Shown in pieces: positions 15,286-25,303 of a stretch of DNA of 29,722 nucleotides. Position 1 is the first letter of the stretch, and each line of letters begins with the position of its first letter. This DNA is from a virus (Duplodnaviria; Caudoviricetes): IMG/VR virus record IMGVR_UViG_3300012952_000082, positions 1 through 29,722 of that record; one strand, given 5' to 3'. The notes under the pieces are model-generated. The model had not been told where the DNA came from. It searched no databases and saw only the letters and a program-made list of their open reading frames with translations. The position numbers and the translations under genes were made by a program.

Positions 15286-16033
15286 GGAAGAAAATAAAAA
15301 AAATTGGGAATACAAGGATAGAAATTATTATTTATTAAATAATAAAATGCCTTTAACCTATACAATGCCTAGTAGACACTCTCAAAAATATCCTTTAGTT
15401 TGGTTTGATCCAGAAAAAGGTTATGAAAGAGAATTAAGATATGCTACTAATCAAAAATCAATTTTTGTAGACGAGCAGAAAGGTCCTGCTACTATGAGAC
15501 ATATTGTGTTTGAAAAAGGGCATTTAATGGTTCCAAAAGAAAAAAGGAACTTACAAGAGTTTTTAGCTCATCACCCACATAAAGATAAAATTTTTGCAGA
15601 ACACGATAAAGAGGTTGTAGCAGAAGATCAATTTGACAGATTAGAACTAGAACTAGCAGCAACAAATTTAGCTTATGAACTTGATATTGAAAGTGCTGAA
15701 GCTATAATGAGAGTTGAAATAGGAGCTAGTATAAATAATTTAAGTTCTAAAGAATTAAAAAGAGATACTATTTTATTTGCTAAAAGGAATCCTAGGTTAT
15801 TTATTAACTTAGCTAACGATGATAATATTCAATTAAGAAATTTTGGTATTAAAGCAGTTGAAGCTAAAGTAATTAAACTAGGTGATAATAATAGAACTTT
15901 TACATGGGCGAGCAATGGTAGAAAACTAATGACTGTTCCGTTTGATGAACACCCTTACTCTGCGTTAGCCGCTTGGTTTAAAACAGATGAAGGTTTAGAA
16001 GTTTATCGATCAATAGAGAAAAAACTCAAATAA
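15284..16033 (+). CDS. Conserved-type morphogenesis-region hypothetical protein (249 aa)
   Basis: Clean ORF flanked by terminators, between head and tail genes. Function not recognised. Confidence 0.7.
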   Translation: MEENKKNWEYKDRNYYLLNNKMPLTYTMPSRHSQKYPLVWFDPEKGYERELRYATNQKSIFVDEQKGPATMRHIVFEKGHLMVPKEKRNLQEFLAHHPHKDKIFAEHDKEVVAEDQFDRLELELAATNLAYELDIESAEAIMRVEIGASINNLSSKELKRDTILFAKRNPRLFINLANDDNIQLRNFGIKAVEAKVIKLGDNNRTFTWASNGRKLMTVPFDEHPYSALAAWFKTDEGLEVYRSIEKKLK

Positions 16034-16034
16034 C

Positions 16035-16047
16035 AAGTGATAATAAA
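16035..16047 (+). promoter_or_regulatory. Repeated intergenic motif AAGTGATAATAAA, copy 1 (candidate phage promoter)
   Basis: An identical 13-mer occurs in the intergenic gap at 23340-23352. Confidence 0.45.
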
Positions 16048-16077
16048 AGGGTGGCTTAACCGCCATCCTTTTTTTTT
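16045..16077 (+). terminator. Rho-independent terminator (possibly bidirectional)
   Basis: AAAAGGGTGGC-TTAACC-GCCATCCTTTT followed by further Ts. Confidence 0.85.
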
Positions 16078-16091
16078 AACATAAAATAATT

Positions 16092-16826
16092 ATGGTATCA
16101 GTAGACGAAGTATATAAAACAGTATTATACATATTAAATAAAGAGCAAAGAGGATACATGAGTCCTGCTGAATTTAATAGTGTAGCAACCCAAGTTCAAC
16201 TTGAGATATTTGAACAATATTTTGAAGATCTAAATGTACAACTACGAGTACCTGAAAACGATAGTGAATATGCTAATCGTCAAAAAACTATTAAAGAAAA
16301 AATATCTTTTTTTGAAACTAATGACAATATAACTGGTGGTAGTCCTTTTGATTTGTCTGGATTAACAGCAAAAGTACATAGGTTAGGTACTATCGAATAT
16401 TTACCTCAAAACGCAGGTTTTGCGATAACAAGTTCTTATAATCCAGTGGAAGTACAAGAGGTTAGTCAACATGAGTTTAATCTAATTCGTAGATCTTCGT
16501 TAACAGCACCTTCTTACGATTGGCCAATTTTTACCTTAAAAGATGATAAAGTAATTACTCTACCAGACTTAGACAATATTGAAGTGTATTATGTTAAAAA
16601 ACCAAAAGATCCAGTATGGTCTTATAAAGTAGGTAGTTTAGGTCAATATATATATGATCCTAACGGTCCAATAGGGACACTTCAAAACTTTGAAATATCT
16701 AATATAGATAAAACAGAAATAATTTTAAGAATATTAGCTTACGCAGGTATTATAATAAGAGATCCTAATATAGTTAGCACCGCAACTCAAATGGCTATTA
16801 ATGAAGATAATATAGAAAAACAATAA
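16092..16826 (+). CDS. Tail ring/adaptor protein (244 aa)
   Basis: First gene of the tail block. N-terminal helices (VYKTVLYILNKEQRGYMSPAEFN), a YVKKP motif and a C-terminal helix fit the podovirus adaptor/ring type. Confidence 0.6.
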   Translation: MVSVDEVYKTVLYILNKEQRGYMSPAEFNSVATQVQLEIFEQYFEDLNVQLRVPENDSEYANRQKTIKEKISFFETNDNITGGSPFDLSGLTAKVHRLGTIEYLPQNAGFAITSSYNPVEVQEVSQHEFNLIRRSSLTAPSYDWPIFTLKDDKVITLPDLDNIEVYYVKKPKDPVWSYKVGSLGQYIYDPNGPIGTLQNFEISNIDKTEIILRILAYAGIIIRDPNIVSTATQMAINEDNIEKQ

Positions 16827-16827
16827 A

Positions 16828-17982
16828 ATGGGACTAATAACAGAGACAGATTATCAATATTACGAAGGTCAACAATTATTTCCTTGGGGATCTGCAGAAT
16901 ATCAATGTACATTCAATACTAAAATGTTAGACTTAGGTCCTAATCATCCTTCTAATTATTTTGTAGAATGGTCACCTACAAATCCTCCATTACCTAATGG
17001 TTGGAATTTATTAAATCCGGGTGTAGATTATGAATCTTGGGAAAATGTTTTAAAAGTTACAGCAGTTCAACCAACAGCTGTCTTACTTCGAGTTACTTTA
17101 ATTGAACCAGCTAAATGGGATAATTACGGAGGATATGAATATATAAAGTTAAACGATATTATAAACAACTTTATGGTTGCTTACGTTGGTGAAGATAAAA
17201 TAGTTGAAAGAGTAAAAAGATCAGATGTTATATTTCACGCTAAAAGAGGTTTACAAGAATTTAGTTATGACACTTTAAAAAGTGTTAACTCAATGGAAAT
17301 AGAAGTTCCACCTAGTTTATCTTTTCCTATACCACATGATTATGTTAATTATGTTCAGTTATCTTGGATAGACAACATAGGTATAAAACATATTATATAT
17401 CCTACAAATAACTTAACATCTAGTCCTACAGAAGTACCTATTCAAGATGGTGGTTATAATGCTTTACCAACTCAAGACTATTGGGGCGAAAACTTAGAAG
17501 CTCAACAATCTAGAACTAATGAAAGATGGAGAAGAGCAAACGATAGAGTAATAACAGGAGAAAGAGACGACCAGTATATAGGTGTTTATGATTGGAATTG
17601 GTGGAAAATGGCTTATGGTCAAAGATATGGTTTAGAACCAACTACAACACAGAAAAATGGTTGGTTTAATATAGATGAAAGAAGAGGTACATTTAATTTC
17701 TCTAGTGACTTAACTGGTAAATTAATAATGATAAATTATATATCAGATGGTTTAGCTTATGACACCAACATGAAGGTGCCTAAGATGGCAGAGGAAGCTA
17801 TGTATATGCATATACTATATTCTATACTGTCTACCAAATTAAACACTCCAGAATACATTGTTAGAAGATTTAAAAAAGAACGTTCATCTAAACTTAGAAA
17901 CGCTAAAATTAGGTTATCTAATATTAAATTAGACGCATTCACTCAAGTTATGAGAGGAAAGTCTAAGTGGTTAAAAAATTAA
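16828..17982 (+). CDS. Tail ring/tubular protein (384 aa)
   Basis: IPHDYVNYVQLSW, INYISDG and VPKMAEEAMYMHI resemble the LPxDY...YxxDG...PxxxEEA pattern of podovirus ring proteins. Confidence 0.6.
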   Translation: MGLITETDYQYYEGQQLFPWGSAEYQCTFNTKMLDLGPNHPSNYFVEWSPTNPPLPNGWNLLNPGVDYESWENVLKVTAVQPTAVLLRVTLIEPAKWDNYGGYEYIKLNDIINNFMVAYVGEDKIVERVKRSDVIFHAKRGLQEFSYDTLKSVNSMEIEVPPSLSFPIPHDYVNYVQLSWIDNIGIKHIIYPTNNLTSSPTEVPIQDGGYNALPTQDYWGENLEAQQSRTNERWRRANDRVITGERDDQYIGVYDWNWWKMAYGQRYGLEPTTTQKNGWFNIDERRGTFNFSSDLTGKLIMINYISDGLAYDTNMKVPKMAEEAMYMHILYSILSTKLNTPEYIVRRFKKERSSKLRNAKIRLSNIKLDAFTQVMRGKSKWLKN

Positions 17983-17985
17983 TAT

Positions 17986-20900
17986 ATGGCTAATGAACTA
18001 AGAAGTACCTTCATCAGATCTAAAATGAATAAAGATCTTGATGCAAGGATTGTACCACCTGGAGAATACAGAGATGCAGTTAACATAGCAGTAAGTAAGT
18101 CAGAAGGAGCTGATGTTGGTGCTGTAGAAAACGTTTTAGGAAATAAAATAGTTTCTGATTTTGGTCTTAATTCTACTTTTCCAAATACAGAGTGTATAGG
18201 TATATATGGAGATAAAACAAATAATAGAATATTTGTTTTCTTAACTGATTACACTGACAATTCTGAAGACCTACTTAGTAATAAAGCTTTTTCAGGAGCT
18301 TTTTGTGGTATATACGTTATTGACTTTGAAGCTGGAAATAATTATAAAAAGTTAGTTCAAGGGTCATGGTTAAACTTTTCTAAAAATAGCCCAATATTTG
18401 GTATTAGTTTATTAGAAGACACACTATTTTGGACAGATAATAGAAATCAACCTAGAAAAATAAGTGTTAGTAAAGCTTTAGATAGACCAGCGGATTCTGC
18501 TAATCCATATTACCAGATAGAAGAAAATATATCAGTTGCTACTTATTACCCTTATGAACCAGCACAAGTTTATGATGAATACGAAGTTGAGGTTGTTGTA
18601 AGAACTTCTAATATAAAAGCAGATACAAGAACTAACGCAGGTTGTAGTGTTGCAAGTCCTGGTATTAATCCAATACAAAACGCTGTAAACTTAGGTACTC
18701 CACCTGAACCACCTGAAAATTATCCTCAAACCGGTTGGCAAACTATGTTTCAAATAACTAGTGAAATACCAGAAGGTTTAAAATTACATCCTGGAATACA
18801 ATTTTATATAAAAAAATCAACGCCTGGCGAAAACCCATTAGTGCCAGGAACTACATTTGGTGCACTACAAAATATAACTTCGTATCCATATTATAATGAA
18901 ATAAGAAATTATCCTATAGCGTGGGGACCTAGTAATTTTGGAGACTGTTATAATGGAAGTACTAAATACGATTTAACTAGCGCTAATTTAGCTCTTAGAC
19001 CTCAAGCAGGTTATGGTACTGCACAAGAAAAAGGTAATGGATTAATTGGTATGTCTTGCTCTTATGAGTATTTAACTAATCCTGAAGCTTTATTAACAGC
19101 TAATGACGGTACTAGTGTTTTAACCGCTAATATAGGACCTGCATCGGAATTTCCTGTAGGCGCTGATTTTGGCCATGAAAGTGCCGATTATCAAGAAAAT
19201 TATTTAAAATGGTTTTATTCTAATATACCTTTATTAGATGGCAATGAAGATTATACAGATTCATTTAGTACAGCTTGGTATGGAACAGCTACATTAGTAT
19301 TTGTAGTACCTAAAATGGTTAATAAAACTGACCAATTTTTACCACCAACATATAGAAATAAATTTGAAGGATTCTATCCACATGATAGTGCTACAACATT
19401 ACCTGACACATCCTGTGAGGGTGATGCTGGAGTCGGTAATCGTAATTATCGACTTGCTTCTAATGGTGCTACTATAGATGAAGTAGAAGCTTTAGGTGTT
19501 AAAAATGTTACTGTTAATCAAAGTTGGTTTCCTAGAATTACAGGAGATTCCGATCTAGCTAATTACCCATATTACGATGGTAATATCAATCAGGGTGGAA
19601 ATGATATGATTCTAGTATCCCCAAATTACGGAGGTGATGGTAATACTCAAGTTACGTTGTTAACACCTTATCAACGATCTGTAAGCGCAGGAATGTTTAG
19701 GGTTCTTAATAATGTAAATGGTTACGAATTAGGTGGGGCTGGACTTGGTGATGGAAATGCTAGTTCTTCTTATTTAAAAAACTACTTACAACCAGGAATG
19801 AGAATTTACTCTCCTATGTTTAATAGATTACCGTATGATTTCTATATTGATCAAATATTTATTAAAACAGTACAAGGAATTACCGTTCCACTTGGTTATA
19901 CTTATTTTAGTGTGTATGCTAAAGACAAATTTGGAAATTATATAGAAGATTGGGTAATGCCAGGGTTTTGTGATGTTAAAGATGCATCTTGGATTGACTT
20001 CCAATTTGTTAACCCTTACTATGATCCTTTGTTTAGCGGGGATAAAGAATATTTAAAAGATAAATTTTGTAAACTATCTTATAGGTTTCAATTTGAAAAC
20101 AACGAGTTTTCTTTAATAGCTCCTTTTACTCAAACAATGTTTGCTCCACTAGATGAAGGTTATTATACTTTTAATGCGGATAGATGGGATATACAAGAAG
20201 GAGGTACAGCTTTCTTAATGAATGGAGGTGCTGAGCCAACTAGCTCTATAGAAACAACTTCTCAAGGAACTATAAATCCATTATATCAAAACAGTATTAA
20301 TGAGGTTTCTTTAGTTATTAAAGCACCTAGAGTAGGAACTGAATATATAAAGTGGAATGAAGCTGAAGATAAATTAAAAATAAAAAATTTACAGATAATT
20401 TTTTCAGAATCAGATAGCAATAATTTAAGATTGTTGAAATCGATTCCTATGTCAGATCCTACTGTTATTAGTAATGACACTGATTCTTATGTTTATGTTT
20501 GGCAAGGTGATAAACCAATAAAATCACTACCTTCTAATGAGTCAACTAGAGTTTGGGATCAAGTACCTTTAAGAGCTTTAGCACAAGAGATATCAGGAAA
20601 TAGAGTTATTTATGGTAACTTTGTTGATAAGCATAGTTCACCTGATTTTTTAGATTTTGATATTGGTGTAGATGGAAAATACAATGTGGATACAGAGTTT
20701 TCTAATGACGCTAGAGTTCAATACAAATATCAAACTTTAAAAGGTAACAGAAGTTATCAAGTAGGTGTTGTTTTAGCCGATAAATTCGGAAGACAAACTG
20801 ACGTTATATTATCTTCACCTTCTGTAATTACATCATCAAATAACGAAACTTTATTTAGCGGTGATACTTTTACAGCACCTTATTTATCTGAAGAAAAAGC

Positions 20901-23325
20901 TATAAGTCTGCTAAAAGTAACAGGTAACAATTTAAGTAATTGGGAAGGAGATAGTTTAAAAATGCTATGGAGAAACCCTATACCAAACTCTATAGCTGGA
21001 TTAGATGGGTATCCTGGTCTATACACGGAAGAAGGAGGAGTTTCAAGAGACAACAATAGTATTGTAGTAGAAACTGCAGGATCAGATAATTATAGTGTAG
21101 CTAGAAATGTACCAACTCTAGCAGTTACAGGTGTTGGAGAAGGATTAACATTTGACATAAACGATGTAGATAGCGGTCCTATTCAATTCCCTACTGATCT
21201 ATATGTAAATAAACCTGGTAGAGGATATAAACCAGGTGATATAGTTAAAATAGAACAAGGTGGTGCTGATCAATGTGAAGTAAGAATATTAAAAGTAACT
21301 GAAGAAAACACTTTAGGCTTTTATTCTTACAAGGTAGTTGTTAAACAAGATCAACAAGATTATTATAATTTGTATCTTCCTCAAATAATTAATGGAGAGC
21401 CATTAACTAGTCAAGCTTTTGCTGGCGGATTTAATGAAGATATTCTAGTAAGTCAAGATTCTAAATTAACTTTTCCTACAATAGGAGATAATGTTAATAA
21501 AATACAAAGAGACGTTGAAGAAAGCAATGATTTAATAAAATTTATATCTAGTAGTACTACTTTATGGCCAAGAGTATCTCAATTTGGTGGGGTTTATATA
21601 AATCCATGGGTTAATTCTACTTCAGGTTCAGGTGCTGGAAATGTATGGACAGTTGATGTTGGTACTATTCAAACTGGAAATGTATTTAATCAAAAAGTAG
21701 CGGATAGTGTTATAAACGTGGGTCAAGTAGATGACATATATGGTCAAAATGTTACTAATGTTACTTATCAAACAGTAGATGCTTTAGTATATAAACAACA
21801 AGCAAACCCATGGATAACTGTAGCGGAAAACGACGTTAACAGAAATCCATTTATGAAAAAGTGGGAAGCAGCTTATGGTCCTAATTATGGTGGTGGTGGT
21901 CCAACTGCCGGTGTATTAGCGGAAAATTACGCACAATATTATGATGCTATAGAATGTACTATTGATCAACGTATAATTCCAACAGGTGTTGGCGCTGCTG
22001 GTAATTTATCTCCAAATAATGCAACATCTCCTTCTTATAGTAATGTTACATTTGGAACTTTTAACTGTGGCTTAGCCGTTGTTGAAACTACGCCATTTGA
22101 ATCTAATATAGATATATATTGGGAAACTTCTACAGCTGGTACTATAGCAGATTTAAACTACGCTATAGAAACAAATGTAGATGAACAGCAATTATTTTCT
22201 GTAGATATAGATAGAAATCCAAATGGATGGAATGAAAATGATGAATCGTTATATTGGTTGCTTCAAGAAAATACAGCTCTACCAGCTGGTCAACCTTATG
22301 ATCCAGATAATTTTTATCCACTTTCTGGACCTAGTGGAGCGTATGATCCATGGATACTTTCAGTTACCCCTAAAAATGTAGTAGGTGGAATTATACCTCT
22401 AAATAGAGTTGTTGGCACACCAACAGTTACAGTTGTAGATAATTTAGGTAATTCATATCCAACTGTTTTTATAATGAATAATAATACTACAGGAACTAGT
22501 GAATTTAAACTTTATAACCTTTCTCAACAAATTCCTTATCTTTCTGCTCCAGGTCAAGGTCATACATTTACAGCTACAATAACTTTTGAAACTTTACCTG
22601 AGTTACCTATAGACCCTAACTTTATTAAAAGTTTTGATGTGCAATTTGATTTAGAAAATCATGAACCAGAAAGAATTACTAATCCAAGAAATCCTAGAAG
22701 AGACTATGGACCAGGAACTGCTGACTGGGGTGATCCTTGGCCTGTTCCTTCAGCAGAAGCTACTTGTGCTCCTCAACTTACAACTACAGATACTGGAGTT
22801 GTTGTAGGTAAAATACCTTGCCCATCTTTAGGGAGTGATCTTGGAGAAGAACCTAGTTATACTAATGGTATGTTTATACAGCCGTTTTTCCCTGTGGTAG
22901 GTGGACCACCTCCACCGACAGCAAATTGGGGAGCTCCTGAAGACACTAATTTCCAAGGTAGATTTGGTATACCAGAAAGAGCAGGTGACGAATTAAAATG
23001 GGAAATAACTAAATGTGTAACCGCTCAAATTGATGTAGTTAATAATATTTTAGTTCCTTTACCTACTACTGATCCTAATTATTATAATGCCTTAGCTAAT
23101 GTAGATTGGGTTTATGGAGATAATGGTTACTTTGATGATCCTGTTGGAAATGGAACAGGTTCACAGTTTAACGGGATAGAAGTAACAAGTGCTATACCTC
23201 AGACAGGTATATACTTGCTTGAGTGGAAGGTAACAGATGCAAATGATAATGACGCTGATGGTAATGAGTTATCATTGGCTTATCCAGAACCTGGTATAAT
23301 TCAAATGGCTTTTGAGATTGTGTAA
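17986..23325 (+). CDS. Tail stabilisation/muzzle protein, N-terminal part (1779 aa, large insertions)
   Basis: KMNKDLDARIVPPGEYRDAVN, LFWTDNRNQPRKI, SYRFQFENNEFSLIAPFT, QEISGNRVIYGNF and YQVGVVLADKFGR are motifs of crAss-like/P22 gp10-type stabilisation proteins. Confidence 0.7.
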   Translation: MANELRSTFIRSKMNKDLDARIVPPGEYRDAVNIAVSKSEGADVGAVENVLGNKIVSDFGLNSTFPNTECIGIYGDKTNNRIFVFLTDYTDNSEDLLSNKAFSGAFCGIYVIDFEAGNNYKKLVQGSWLNFSKNSPIFGISLLEDTLFWTDNRNQPRKISVSKALDRPADSANPYYQIEENISVATYYPYEPAQVYDEYEVEVVVRTSNIKADTRTNAGCSVASPGINPIQNAVNLGTPPEPPENYPQTGWQTMFQITSEIPEGLKLHPGIQFYIKKSTPGENPLVPGTTFGALQNITSYPYYNEIRNYPIAWGPSNFGDCYNGSTKYDLTSANLALRPQAGYGTAQEKGNGLIGMSCSYEYLTNPEALLTANDGTSVLTANIGPASEFPVGADFGHESADYQENYLKWFYSNIPLLDGNEDYTDSFSTAWYGTATLVFVVPKMVNKTDQFLPPTYRNKFEGFYPHDSATTLPDTSCEGDAGVGNRNYRLASNGATIDEVEALGVKNVTVNQSWFPRITGDSDLANYPYYDGNINQGGNDMILVSPNYGGDGNTQVTLLTPYQRSVSAGMFRVLNNVNGYELGGAGLGDGNASSSYLKNYLQPGMRIYSPMFNRLPYDFYIDQIFIKTVQGITVPLGYTYFSVYAKDKFGNYIEDWVMPGFCDVKDASWIDFQFVNPYYDPLFSGDKEYLKDKFCKLSYRFQFENNEFSLIAPFTQTMFAPLDEGYYTFNADRWDIQEGGTAFLMNGGAEPTSSIETTSQGTINPLYQNSINEVSLVIKAPRVGTEYIKWNEAEDKLKIKNLQIIFSESDSNNLRLLKSIPMSDPTVISNDTDSYVYVWQGDKPIKSLPSNESTRVWDQVPLRALAQEISGNRVIYGNFVDKHSSPDFLDFDIGVDGKYNVDTEFSNDARVQYKYQTLKGNRSYQVGVVLADKFGRQTDVILSSPSVITSSNNETLFSGDTFTAPYLSEEKAISLLKVTGNNLSNWEGDSLKMLWRNPIPNSIAGLDGYPGLYTEEGGVSRDNNSIVVETAGSDNYSVARNVPTLAVTGVGEGLTFDINDVDSGPIQFPTDLYVNKPGRGYKPGDIVKIEQGGADQCEVRILKVTEENTLGFYSYKVVVKQDQQDYYNLYLPQIINGEPLTSQAFAGGFNEDILVSQDSKLTFPTIGDNVNKIQRDVEESNDLIKFISSSTTLWPRVSQFGGVYINPWVNSTSGSGAGNVWTVDVGTIQTGNVFNQKVADSVINVGQVDDIYGQNVTNVTYQTVDALVYKQQANPWITVAENDVNRNPFMKKWEAAYGPNYGGGGPTAGVLAENYAQYYDAIECTIDQRIIPTGVGAAGNLSPNNATSPSYSNVTFGTFNCGLAVVETTPFESNIDIYWETSTAGTIADLNYAIETNVDEQQLFSVDIDRNPNGWNENDESLYWLLQENTALPAGQPYDPDNFYPLSGPSGAYDPWILSVTPKNVVGGIIPLNRVVGTPTVTVVDNLGNSYPTVFIMNNNTTGTSEFKLYNLSQQIPYLSAPGQGHTFTATITFETLPELPIDPNFIKSFDVQFDLENHEPERITNPRNPRRDYGPGTADWGDPWPVPSAEATCAPQLTTTDTGVVVGKIPCPSLGSDLGEEPSYTNGMFIQPFFPVVGGPPPPTANWGAPEDTNFQGRFGIPERAGDELKWEITKCVTAQIDVVNNILVPLPTTDPNYYNALANVDWVYGDNGYFDDPVGNGTGSQFNGIEVTSAIPQTGIYLLEWKVTDANDNDADGNELSLAYPEPGIIQMAFEIV

Positions 23326-23339
23326 TGTTTAGTAAAAAT

Positions 23340-23352
23340 AAGTGATAATAAA
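23340..23352 (+). promoter_or_regulatory. Repeated intergenic motif AAGTGATAATAAA, copy 2
   Basis: Identical to 16035-16047. It ends 2 nt before the ATG at 23355. Confidence 0.45.
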
Positions 23353-23354
23353 TT

Positions 23355-25292
23355 ATGGCAACAATAATAGAAATAGATTACTATAACGCTTTTTGGACTA
23401 AAAAGATATACACAGGACCAGGCGCTGCTCCAACAACTGGAGGTGAAACCTATGCTGGAGGATCTGCTTGTTATCCTGGACCAGTTGGATTTGGTGATTC
23501 TGTTAAAGGTTTAGGTAATATAACTACTTTTAGCGAGCAAGACGGTGGGCCAGTTCCATCTTCTTTAGATAAATGGCCTAATATTAATTCAGCTAATTTT
23601 GGAGTTCCTAGTGGTCCTTTAAATCCTGTACAACAACAAATATTAAGCACAAACTTTTACATAGAAGATAGTAGAATAAGAGGTGGTTATAATAATACAC
23701 AGGTAAATTTAGGTGTTAGGGCTTATTTGAACGAAGATAATCCTTTACAAAAACATCGTATAAACTCTTTAATATATTCAGGTCCACTAAATAGTTTAAC
23801 AAACTTTAATGAAACAAATGTATTTTCAATAGGAGAAAGTATAACTAAGTCGGTAGACCCATCTTATAACTCTATACAATATCTATCTGCTGACGATACT
23901 AACTTGCTTATAATGCAAGAGAATAAAACTAGCTATGCTTTAATTGATAAAGACGCTATATATTCTGCAGAAGGATCTGGAACTCCAGTATCTACAGAAA
24001 CGGAAGTTATTGGTCAAGTGGTTCCTTACTTAGGAGAATATGGTATAAGTAGAAATCCAGAATCATTTGCTAGATTTGGTTTTCAAAAATACTTTGTAGA
24101 TAAAGATCGTAGTGCTGTTATGAGGCTATCTAGAGATGGTTTAACAGAAATCTCTGAGTATGGCATGAAAGATTATTTTAGAGACGAATTAGAGCTTGTA
24201 ACTGATGAAATGAGATTAGATAATACTAACGTCTACAATACGTTTGGGGCTGGTGGAAGTTTGATTGGGGAATATATATACGTAGCGCAAGATCCTGGAG
24301 TTGTGGTTGCTCCACCACTTGGTAGTTTAGTTAGATTTGACAATTACACTGGTAATATGAGACCTTATGTTATAAGAGTAGTGGCAGTTGCTGGCGGTTG
24401 GGTAGCATACCTACGAGGTTGGCCAGAAGTTGGAGGAGTTAAAGTTGCTGTACCTGCTACTTGTTATTTTCAAACCAAAATAAAAGGTAGAGTTTTAGGA
24501 GCTTATGATATATATGGAAAACAATACACAGTTTCTCTACAGAAAAATCCAGCTACTAAAAACCAAATTGATTTAGAAAGTTTAGATGATTATCAAACAG
24601 TTGGTTTTGACGAGTCAATAAATGGTTGGGTAAGTAGATATACTTATAAACCTTGGCAAGCGGTTAGTTTAGAAAATAAATTCTATACTGTTGGTCCAGA
24701 TAATAGAAGATACAAAGTATGGCAGCAATATGAAGATACTGTTGATAGAGGAGACTTCTATAGTCAAGGTGTTCTTCCTTCAGCTATAACTTTCTTTGCT
24801 AATGGCGAACCTTCTCATAGTAAAGTTTTTCAAACTATTTCTTACGAAGGATCTAGCGGTTGGTATATTGCAAGTATACTCAGTGATGAAGAAGGAAAAG
24901 ATTTAGTAAATAATGTATGGGAAGAGTTTACTGATCAAACAACTGTTGTTTATAGTTATATAGAAGGACAGTATGAATTAAACACTCCTACTAATACAGG
25001 ATTAAACGCAGATCCGGCTGTTGATACTATTATACATGCTGGTTTTGATAGAAAAGAAAATAGATACGTAGCTAATTTAGTACAAAAAATAACACAAAAC
25101 GATCCAACACTTGGACCTCCAAATGATCCACCTTATTACCCAGTAAGACCAGGTGAAGTTATATCAGGTTCAGATATGAGTGGTATAAAAGGTTTTTATT
25201 CTACAATTACAATAGCTACTGATAACGTTACAGAAGTAGGTGGACCTAAAGAGTTATTTACTGTAGCAACTAAAGTAGTTAAATCATCTTAA
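23355..25292 (+). CDS. Tail stabilisation/muzzle protein, C-terminal part (645 aa)
   Basis: LIYSG, GEYGISRNPESFA, YFVDKDRSAVMRLSRDGLTEISEYGMKDYF, GWVSRYTYKP and KVFQTISYEG are beta-propeller-type motifs of the same family. Confidence 0.7.
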   Translation: MATIIEIDYYNAFWTKKIYTGPGAAPTTGGETYAGGSACYPGPVGFGDSVKGLGNITTFSEQDGGPVPSSLDKWPNINSANFGVPSGPLNPVQQQILSTNFYIEDSRIRGGYNNTQVNLGVRAYLNEDNPLQKHRINSLIYSGPLNSLTNFNETNVFSIGESITKSVDPSYNSIQYLSADDTNLLIMQENKTSYALIDKDAIYSAEGSGTPVSTETEVIGQVVPYLGEYGISRNPESFARFGFQKYFVDKDRSAVMRLSRDGLTEISEYGMKDYFRDELELVTDEMRLDNTNVYNTFGAGGSLIGEYIYVAQDPGVVVAPPLGSLVRFDNYTGNMRPYVIRVVAVAGGWVAYLRGWPEVGGVKVAVPATCYFQTKIKGRVLGAYDIYGKQYTVSLQKNPATKNQIDLESLDDYQTVGFDESINGWVSRYTYKPWQAVSLENKFYTVGPDNRRYKVWQQYEDTVDRGDFYSQGVLPSAITFFANGEPSHSKVFQTISYEGSSGWYIASILSDEEGKDLVNNVWEEFTDQTTVVYSYIEGQYELNTPTNTGLNADPAVDTIIHAGFDRKENRYVANLVQKITQNDPTLGPPNDPPYYPVRPGEVISGSDMSGIKGFYSTITIATDNVTEVGGPKELFTVATKVVKSS

Positions 25293-25303
25293 AATAATAA
25301 AAA

